From NCBI GenBank assembly GCA_015655975.1, contig DVEP01000035.1, positions 45,157 through 69,156 on the forward strand: a DNA stretch of 24,000 nucleotides, given 5' to 3'. A program made the translations under genes and the position numbers. Source of the DNA: Eubacterium sp. (lineage in GTDB: Bacteria; Bacillota; Clostridia; Oscillospirales; Acutalibacteraceae). Below, piece by piece: positions 16,450 through 23,535 of the stretch. The notes beneath the pieces were generated by a model that ran no database searches, was not told where the DNA came from, and worked only from the letters and a program-made list of their open reading frames with translations. Position 1 is the first letter of the stretch. Each line of letters starts with the position of its first letter.

Positions 16450-19400
16450 TCAATTATTAGTATTAAACTTTAATCTTTTTTCACTGTTCACTTTTGTAAC
16501 ATTTCCTATCGGGTCAACAGTAAATTTTTCTATGTTTAAAAGCGTCTTTATACCTAAACTTTTTATTTTGTGTGTTCCGTCAGAATTAAAAACAGTTATA
16601 GATGCTGTACCTATATCAGAATTATTGTAATACAAGAACATACCGTTACCGTAAATCTCTTTTGGAAGCGTACTGTTTTTGTTGACTAAACTTAATTTCA
16701 TATCTTTTTTTGCAGTAACACGAATTAAATCGTTTTGATAAAGTGAAAAGCAAAAGTCTTTGTCTTCCATTTCTTTCCATTCGTCGTATGATTTAAATGC
16801 AACACACGCCAAATTCGGCAACTCTTTTTTCACGGTGTCCGCAGTATAAATCGGCACAAAATAGTAGCCGTCATTTTCAACATGAAATACATCTATCCTT
16901 ACCATTGAACCGTTATCTGCAATACCGTTTCCGTTTCTCACGGAAACATTCATTGTGGACTTTTTGATTGTTTTTACCTTTTTCACTATCGGTCCGTTTG
17001 TACCGTCCGACTTTGGCTTATAGAAAGGATTTTCATCGTTGAAGTCAGCAAAAGCCTTTTCACCGTTACCTCCGTACTCTTCAAGACGCTTTTTCAAAGC
17101 GTTGTAAAGCAACAAATCGCTCTCTTTGTCGTAGTAATTTTCAATTTCACCGTCTTTCCCGAGTTTCAACTTTGTAAGAGGAACTTTTGAAACAGAATAG
17201 CCTTTGACCTTTCCCGAACGAATTGTATCCTCGTGAGCCACACCCTTTGTTTTTCTGTTCGGCATTCTTGATACAAAACACGGCTTAATGTTTTCAATAT
17301 CTTCTGCGGAATAGTTCGGCAAGCGATACAGTTCTTTAATCATATTATTGACATTCGTGCAAGTTCTTGCCTCAAGTTCCTTTCTGAAAGTCGGATATGG
17401 ATACGGAAAACTGTCAGCAACTTCCCCTTCAGAATCGACAACTATATTTTCAGAGTATTGCAACTCCTTATACTTGGAATACTTTGAAACTTTTTGTATC
17501 AAAGCATCTGTCGTACAGGCAATAACAGTTGCATCTACTGCATGGTGCAGGTCGCCGTCTTCTCTTATTTTTTTAATTCCCCATCTTTTTCTCAAGTACG
17601 AAGTTGTAGCACCGTTTACGGCTGTAACATGTTTTTTTCTTCCGTTTTCAAAATCTTCAAAAATCAAATGGTCATTAATGTAATTGTACAAAACTCTGCT
17701 CAAATACTTCGTATCGTTCAAAGTTCTTTCTTTAAACCCTTTAAATTCATTTTCACTGATATTTTCTTTAAGCAGATTTTGTCTTTTTTTAAAGTTTTTG
17801 ATATTTGCATTTACCCAAACTTTAAAGTTTTCTTGTTTTTCCCCTGTGAGATACTGCAATGGCAAACGAGTTCCTTTTTGTCTGTTTTCATTTGCAAAAA
17901 CAAGAACTTTATTATTGTAACTGTCGTCAAAACTGATACTGTAAGGTACAATATGGTCAACATCGACATATCCGTCACTGAAAAGCAATTCATACTTAAT
18001 AGGCTTTTGAGAATACGGACAAATTCCGTCCTGTTCTCTCCACAATTTCAACTTAACTATATCTAATCCGCTTGCATTTGATTTGTGGAAATTATCATAC
18101 AATTCATCCTTAATTTTAGAATTGTTCTCATTGTTTTTCTTGTTTTCGTTCTCTATGTCTTTTCTGTCAGCAAAGTTTTTGGAAAGTTCTCTTGCCAATT
18201 CAATGTTTATATATGTAGGACTGGTCCCTTGTTCTCTTATAATTGCATTTACAACTTTTATTGTCTGTGAAACGGCTCTTCTTACAACGGGGTTTGTAAC
18301 ATCTTCCAATTCATACGAAAAAGCAGGCAAGGTAAAACTTCTTTCGCCTTTATCGTGTGCTTTGAAATCAAATCCGACCTCTGCACACGCCTTATCATAA
18401 GTCAACCCTTTTTCTAAATAAGGAATAAGCATATCGCACGCTTTTACAGACAAATGTCCGAATTTTGAAAATGAACTTATATTTAAAATATAATCGTATA
18501 AAAACTCATCTATTTCAAAATCTTTCAATGCATTTAAAATCTTTGCATCATCTTTGTGAACAGTCAAAGCATATCCGATACAATTTAATTCTTCCCTTGA
18601 AAGTTTTTGAATGTACCCTTTTTGAAATTTATCAAGTGCTTTTCTGATATTGTGATACTGTTTCAGATATTCAAACTTTGACTTTTTTTCTGCTTCTTCA
18701 ATTTCTTTAAATCCGTAAGAAACTGTTGAAAATCTTTTATCAGTTGAAATATCCAATTCTTTTCTTATTTTTGAATAATTTACACTCGGAGATTTATGGC
18801 ACAATTCAAAGACTTTCGTTCTTTCTCCGTCTGTAAGAAAACGAGAACTTCCGTTATCAGAAACAATTTTTATACTATTAATTTTTTGCCACAAAGTAAA
18901 TAACTGGAAAGAATATGTTGCTTTTGCCGCTCTCGGCTCTTCAGGGAAAAATGTACATTTTCCAATCATTTTTTCTATTTGATTTCCAAAATACGGGCTT
19001 CTGCAATTTTCAGGACCTTCTCCCGGACCTAAATCAAACGGTCTTTGTGACAGTAAAATATTTTTATACTGTTCTTTTATTTCATCTGAAGCAAAGTCGC
19101 AGCCAAATGATTTTTGCACACTAAAAATTTTGTCTGCTTCATCTTCAATCATATTTCGTGAAACTGTATTTAGATATATTCCGCCTTTATTTCTTTTATG
19201 TAAAGCATATTTTTCATCTTTAAAAAACATTTCTCCGACAGTACGATAACCGTTTTTTTGCATTGTTTCTTCGTTTTCACTTATGGCATTTAACAAAAGT
19301 CCTTTTTCTTTGTCTGTACTGTCTGTTTTTCTGTTAGATTTAAAACCACGCCTTTGTGCCAAATTAATCAGCACTCTTGCAAATTCTTTGTTTGACAAAG

Positions 19401-19728
19401 GTCTGTCTAAAGCCTCTGTCCTTACTTGATAAATACCACTGAGCGGAGATTCAAAAAGATTTGTCAATTCATCTTCAGTCAATATCTTTTCTTTTATAAT
19501 GAGAAATCTTATACGCTCCAATCTGTGATTGTGTCTTCTGATTCTTCTTCGATTTCCTCTTGCCTCTCTTCTCGGAAGTGCAAGGGACGAGCCGTCTTTA
19601 GGATTTTCCGCTTCGCTGAAAATCCTTGAACCGAGTTTTACAATTCTGTATGGCTGGTCGTTTAACAATTCAACAACCGAAAAACCTACAGATGCAACAC
19701 CACAGTCTAAACCAATAGCATATTTCAT
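16450..19728 (-). CDS. cas9: Cas9 endonuclease, compact type II-C-like (1092 aa)
   Basis: RuvC-I is MKYAIGLDCGVASVGF and the Arg-rich bridge helix is RREARGNRRRIRRHNHRLERIRFL. RuvC-II is INIELARE, HNH is DVDHIVPYSISFDDSYNNKVLVFANENRQKG, and RuvC-III is LHHAVDA. The II-C-like C-terminal block is VRIDVFHVENDGYYFVPIY. A GGAGGAG SD (19741-19735) sits 6 nt before ATG 19728. The six-frame ORF start (GTG 19743) lies inside that SD. Confidence 0.95.
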   Translation of the reverse strand: MKYAIGLDCGVASVGFSVVELLNDQPYRIVKLGSRIFSEAENPKDGSSLALPRREARGNRRRIRRHNHRLERIRFLIIKEKILTEDELTNLFESPLSGIYQVRTEALDRPLSNKEFARVLINLAQRRGFKSNRKTDSTDKEKGLLLNAISENEETMQKNGYRTVGEMFFKDEKYALHKRNKGGIYLNTVSRNMIEDEADKIFSVQKSFGCDFASDEIKEQYKNILLSQRPFDLGPGEGPENCRSPYFGNQIEKMIGKCTFFPEEPRAAKATYSFQLFTLWQKINSIKIVSDNGSSRFLTDGERTKVFELCHKSPSVNYSKIRKELDISTDKRFSTVSYGFKEIEEAEKKSKFEYLKQYHNIRKALDKFQKGYIQKLSREELNCIGYALTVHKDDAKILNALKDFEIDEFLYDYILNISSFSKFGHLSVKACDMLIPYLEKGLTYDKACAEVGFDFKAHDKGERSFTLPAFSYELEDVTNPVVRRAVSQTIKVVNAIIREQGTSPTYINIELARELSKNFADRKDIENENKKNNENNSKIKDELYDNFHKSNASGLDIVKLKLWREQDGICPYSQKPIKYELLFSDGYVDVDHIVPYSISFDDSYNNKVLVFANENRQKGTRLPLQYLTGEKQENFKVWVNANIKNFKKRQNLLKENISENEFKGFKERTLNDTKYLSRVLYNYINDHLIFEDFENGRKKHVTAVNGATTSYLRKRWGIKKIREDGDLHHAVDATVIACTTDALIQKVSKYSKYKELQYSENIVVDSEGEVADSFPYPYPTFRKELEARTCTNVNNMIKELYRLPNYSAEDIENIKPCFVSRMPNRKTKGVAHEDTIRSGKVKGYSVSKVPLTKLKLGKDGEIENYYDKESDLLLYNALKKRLEEYGGNGEKAFADFNDENPFYKPKSDGTNGPIVKKVKTIKKSTMNVSVRNGNGIADNGSMVRIDVFHVENDGYYFVPIYTADTVKKELPNLACVAFKSYDEWKEMEDKDFCFSLYQNDLIRVTAKKDMKLSLVNKNSTLPKEIYGNGMFLYYNNSDIGTASITVFNSDGTHKIKSLGIKTLLNIEKFTVDPIGNVTKVNSEKRLKFNTNN

Positions 19729-19744
19729 AATAAACTCCTCCACT

Positions 19745-19838
19745 AAAAAGATAACGACCCACCGAAGTGAGTCGTTAGCGCTTTTCGGTTTTCTACCTTT
19801 TTGTAGTAACCTAATTGTTCTTGGTATGGTATAAGAAC
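19745..19838 (-). ncRNA. tracrRNA: Predicted tracrRNA (about 94 nt)
   Basis: The anti-repeat (19835-19800) is complementary to the crRNA repeat at 31 of 36 positions, with a 2-nt internal mismatch at repeat positions 9-10. It is followed by ACAAAAAGG and a 10-bp terminator stem with a UUCG loop (19776-19753), then AUCUUUUU. G19838 lies exactly 7 nt downstream of a consensus -10. Confidence 0.8.
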
Positions 19839-19844
19839 AATTAC

Positions 19845-19873
19845 ATTATAGCCGAGGAACTTGAATTTGTCAA
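19845..19873 (-). promoter_or_regulatory. Consensus sigma-A promoter of the tracrRNA (TTGACA-17-TATAAT)
   Basis: On the minus strand, TTGACA is at 19873-19868, followed by a 17-nt spacer and TATAAT at 19850-19845. Confidence 0.75.
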
Positions 19874-20141
19874 ATTTGTTTATTCAAAGTACTGTTATCC
19901 TCACTATAAAACTATAATCCTTTGATATTTGATGAAAATATAGTATAATTAAATTTTGTTAATTAAAAAAACAATGATTTTTTAATTAACATACAATACA
20001 CCTAATTTATTCCCCGCCTATTTTTCTATATATTTTTATTTATGTTATTACAGAACAAAAATATATGTAAATCAATTTCTCCGTCTTGTGTACAGACGCG
20101 GATTTTGAGAAAATGATTTTACGAGATGATATTTCTATTTT

Positions 20142-20176
20142 ATTGTAATGAGATTGTAAGAAGTGGTTGCTATACT
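20142..20176 (+). promoter_or_regulatory. Promoter of the ABC operon: extended -10 (TGcTATACT) preceded by a tandem direct repeat ATTGTAA-N4-ATTGTAA, a candidate response-regulator box
   Basis: ATTGTAA occurs at 20142-20148 and 20153-20159, 11 bp centre to centre. TG is at 20168-20169 and TATACT at 20171-20176. There is no -35 hexamer at the correct spacing. Confidence 0.45.
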
Positions 20177-20216
20177 GAACTTACAAAATAAGAACAGAAA
20201 TTTGGAGGTTTTCAAT

Positions 20217-20903
20217 ATGGCAATACTTGAAACAAAAGATTTACGCAAAACATACGGGAGCGGAGAAAACGAAGTTCACGCTTTGGACGGTGTATCCATT
20301 TCCGTAGAAGAAGGAGAATTTGTAGCTGTCATCGGCACATCTGGCAGCGGTAAATCTACGCTTTTGAATATGATGGGTGGGTTAGACCGTCCCACTTCGG
20401 GAAGTGTAACAATTCGCGGAAAAGAACTTTTGAAAATGAAAGACGAAGAACTGACGATTTTTAGACGCAGAAATATCGGCTTTGTTTTTCAGAACTACAA
20501 TCTGCTTCCTGTTCTCAATGTGTATGAAAACATCGTGTACCCTATCGAGATTGACGGCGGCAAAACTGACACGGGGTTTGTAAAAGAGATTATCCGCACC
20601 CTCGGCTTAGAAAAAAAGTTGACAAATATGCCGAACAACCTTTCGGGCGGTCAGCAGCAGAGGGTTGCGATTGCCCGTGCCCTTGCGACAAAGCCTGCCA
20701 TTATCCTTGCGGATGAGCCGACGGGAAATTTAGACTCCAAAACAAGTATGGATGTAATTTTGCTGATGCAGTCTATCAGCCGTCAGTTCCACCAAACCAC
20801 CATTATGATTACTCATAATGAGGAAATCGCTCAAATGGCAGACCGTACCATTCGCATTGAAGACGGAAAGGTAGTTTCGGGAGGTGTCAGATATGCACTC
20901 TAA
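20217..20903 (+). CDS. ABC transporter ATP-binding protein (MacB/FtsE/BceA-like)
   Basis: Walker A GTSGSGKST, signature LSGGQQQRV, Walker B ILADEPTGNLD, and H-loop ITHN. A GGAGG SD is positioned for ATG 20217. The six-frame ORF start at 20163 lies upstream of the predicted promoter. Confidence 0.92.
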   Translation: MAILETKDLRKTYGSGENEVHALDGVSISVEEGEFVAVIGTSGSGKSTLLNMMGGLDRPTSGSVTIRGKELLKMKDEELTIFRRRNIGFVFQNYNLLPVLNVYENIVYPIEIDGGKTDTGFVKEIIRTLGLEKKLTNMPNNLSGGQQQRVAIARALATKPAIILADEPTGNLDSKTSMDVILLMQSISRQFHQTTIMITHNEEIAQMADRTIRIEDGKVVSGGVRYAL

Positions 20904-23454
20904 CCGAAATAAAAGCGCAGTCAAACGAGTGGAAAAGGGAATGATGAAAGCAAACCGCACCCGTAACCTGTTTGCAGTGTTTGCAATTGTTCTCACTACC
21001 TTTATGATTACCACCGTGTTCAGTTTAGGCATTAATTATAAGGAAAATATGGAGTTAATGCAGGTGCGTACCGCAGGTACAACTGCTGATGTTTCACTTG
21101 CTATGCCGACGGCAGAACAGGAACAACAAATCAGAGATTTGGAATATGTCAAAACCGTCGGTACGCAGTATATGGTCGGCTCGGTTGCCGAAAAGAACGA
21201 CGAGGGGCGTGAGCTTTCTATTGCGCTCCAATATTATGATACAACCGAATGGGAAAAACACTACCGAGAAGCAATCAAAGATTTAAAAGGCAAATACCCC
21301 GCAAACGAAAATGAAATTATGCTGTCAGAGGATGCACTTTCACAGCTCGGCATTACTGAACCGAAGCTTAACATGGAAATTCCTCTGTCCTACTATGATA
21401 AAAACGGCCAACAGAAAAAGTCTTTCACATTAAGCGGATATTTCTGTTCCTATACAGGCACGGGAATGGGATTTGTTTCCGAATCATATTGTAAAAACGC
21501 AGGCTATACAATGGCAGAAGACGGCGTTCTCTCTTTGTCTCTGAATAAACTGCCAAATGATTTTATACGCATTCAAAATGATGTGGAGTTAAATGAAAAC
21601 CAGTCTTTCAGCGGTTCGGTTTCAATGAAATCATCAAACGGCTCAGTTATTGCAATGGTAATCCTTTTGGTGTTCTTCATCATCGGCAGCGGTTATCTCC
21701 TCATTTACAATGTCCTGTATATCTCTATTTCAAAGGACACCCGTTTTTACGGCTTGATGAAAACATTGGGTACAACACAGGCGCAGATTAAATCGCTGGT
21801 TAAAAATCAAGCGGTCAAGTTTGCCTGCATCGGTATCCCGATTGGTATCGTGTTAGCTACCGCTGTTTCCTTTGGAATTGTTCCCCTTGTTTTGAATGAG
21901 GGCTTTGAACAGGGCAAGTCGATGATGGAGGCCGAGGTATTCTTCCACCCGTCAATATATATTTTGTCAATAATTTTTTCGGCGGTAACAGTCTGGATTG
22001 CCTGCAACGCACCTGCTAAAGCCGCGGCGAAGATTTCGCCTGTCGAAGCGCTGAAATTCCAGAACTTTGCGCCAAAGAAAACGAAAAACAGAAATTCTAC
22101 AAATGGCGGTAAGCTGCATATAATGGCGTTCCACAATGTATTTCGTGACAAAAAGCGAGCAATTCTTGTATTTATGTCTTTGTTTATGGGCATCACTATG
22201 ATTTTAGGTGTGAACGGAATCTTAGGAAGTATAAAAGCTGAAAACTTTATAAAAAAATATATGGACTATAACTTTGAATATAACGATATTCAGTTTGAGC
22301 AGTATGAACAGCCAAATAAAGAAGTACCGCAGTTTGACGAACATTTTATAAAACAAATCAAGCAAATAGACGGCATTGAAAATATTGATATTCAAAAAAC
22401 AGTATGGGCAAACATAGACTTTGACGAAGACGCCTTAGAAGGTTTTATGAAAATCAAATATGAAGACAGCAGATATAAATCTAAAGGGCAGTCCTATGAA
22501 CAGATGATAAAGGCACTTAAAGGATATGCTGATGCCGGTGATTACGGTTGCTATATTACAACACTTAACGATGAAAAAGTGTTGGAAGAATACAATGCAA
22601 ATCACCCCGATACGCCGATTGACATTGAGGCATTTAAGCGTGGAGAAACAGCAATTTCAGGAACAGATACTGAATATAACGCTACTAATACCGCATTAGT
22701 AGGAAAAACGCTCGCCTTGACTGCCGACAGTACAGACGGCAAGGCAACCGATTTCAGAATCGACGGAGCTTTTTATTACGACGATTATTCAAATAATCTT
22801 TCCGATAGTATAGGACAGCGCAAAGATATTAATATTGTATCCGATATCATCTATGTAAGCGAAGCGGGCATGAATCGCCTGACGAAAGAGCCGATTATTT
22901 CGGCAATCGGTATTGATATTAAAGATATAAATAACTTGGAACGAATTGACAAAGAATTGCAAGAAGTCAACAGTACCTTGACCACATCGGAGTGGCAGTT
23001 TAAATCTTCAATTAATCAGAAAGAATTATTTAATCAGATGAACTATTCTATCAACCTGTTAGGAAACGGAGCGGCAATTCTGCTCATTGTCATCGGTTTA
23101 ATTAACTTTGTAAATGTTATGCTGACGGGTGTAGTGGCAAGAAAAAATGAATTTGCCATTATGGAAAGTATCGGCACAACGAAAAAGCAGATTATGAAGA
23201 TACTGACCTTGGAAGGCGGTATTTATGCTCTTATCTCTACTTTGCTGATTATGACTTTTGGCAACGCATTCCTAATGCTTGTAGCAAACGCGGTTCCGAA
23301 TATAGTGGACTATGCAGTCTTTGAATACCCTCTTGCTCTTGTAATCGGTTTGATTACGGCAATCTTTGTGATTTGTTTGAGTGTTCCCGCCATTGTTTAC
23401 AAGGCGACTTCTGATGAAACGGTCATTGAACGACTTCACAATTTTGATAACTAA
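20893..23454 (+). CDS. FtsX-family ABC transporter permease with two FtsX modules and two large extracytoplasmic loops
   Basis: About 853 aa. It has two copies of the FtsX-type TM bundle (ISISKDTRFYGLMKTLGTTQAQIKSL and ARKNEFAIMESIGTTKKQIMKIL), each preceded by a TM helix and a long hydrophilic loop. A GGAGG SD sits 8 nt before ATG 20893. The gene overlaps the ATPase gene by 11 nt. Confidence 0.88.
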   Translation: MHSNRNKSAVKRVEKGMMKANRTRNLFAVFAIVLTTFMITTVFSLGINYKENMELMQVRTAGTTADVSLAMPTAEQEQQIRDLEYVKTVGTQYMVGSVAEKNDEGRELSIALQYYDTTEWEKHYREAIKDLKGKYPANENEIMLSEDALSQLGITEPKLNMEIPLSYYDKNGQQKKSFTLSGYFCSYTGTGMGFVSESYCKNAGYTMAEDGVLSLSLNKLPNDFIRIQNDVELNENQSFSGSVSMKSSNGSVIAMVILLVFFIIGSGYLLIYNVLYISISKDTRFYGLMKTLGTTQAQIKSLVKNQAVKFACIGIPIGIVLATAVSFGIVPLVLNEGFEQGKSMMEAEVFFHPSIYILSIIFSAVTVWIACNAPAKAAAKISPVEALKFQNFAPKKTKNRNSTNGGKLHIMAFHNVFRDKKRAILVFMSLFMGITMILGVNGILGSIKAENFIKKYMDYNFEYNDIQFEQYEQPNKEVPQFDEHFIKQIKQIDGIENIDIQKTVWANIDFDEDALEGFMKIKYEDSRYKSKGQSYEQMIKALKGYADAGDYGCYITTLNDEKVLEEYNANHPDTPIDIEAFKRGETAISGTDTEYNATNTALVGKTLALTADSTDGKATDFRIDGAFYYDDYSNNLSDSIGQRKDINIVSDIIYVSEAGMNRLTKEPIISAIGIDIKDINNLERIDKELQEVNSTLTTSEWQFKSSINQKELFNQMNYSINLLGNGAAILLIVIGLINFVNVMLTGVVARKNEFAIMESIGTTKKQIMKILTLEGGIYALISTLLIMTFGNAFLMLVANAVPNIVDYAVFEYPLALVIGLITAIFVICLSVPAIVYKATSDETVIERLHNFDN

Positions 23455-23535
23455 ATGATTTTTCGGAACAGGCACAGTAATTTCTGTGTCTGTTTCCAAA
23501 TTCTCTATATGAAAAAAGGCGGTGAAATTTGAATT

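Noticed and set aside
19729-19743. N-terminal extension of cas9 (MEEFI...) from the six-frame ORF start at 19743.
   Set aside because: The GTG and the following codons are themselves the GGAGGAG ribosome-binding site. ATG 19728 gives the canonical MKYxIGLD Cas9 N-terminus.
19922-19990. Plus-strand promoter-like TTGATA-16-TATAAT (19922-19949) followed by a 13-bp all-A/T inverted repeat, gttaattaaaaaa / ttttttaattaac (19958-19990). This could be a small RNA or an operator.
   Set aside because: The region is extremely AT-rich, so such hexamers and A/T palindromes arise easily. The stem has almost no G-C pairs, and no ORF or conserved structure follows. It needs transcriptomic evidence.
23465-23497. 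A 13-bp bulged hairpin between the permease gene and the response-regulator gene, considered as a terminator.
   Set aside because: No U-tract follows it on the plus strand, so it is not a canonical intrinsic terminator. It is mentioned only as a possible processing or attenuation element in the ABC-module finding.
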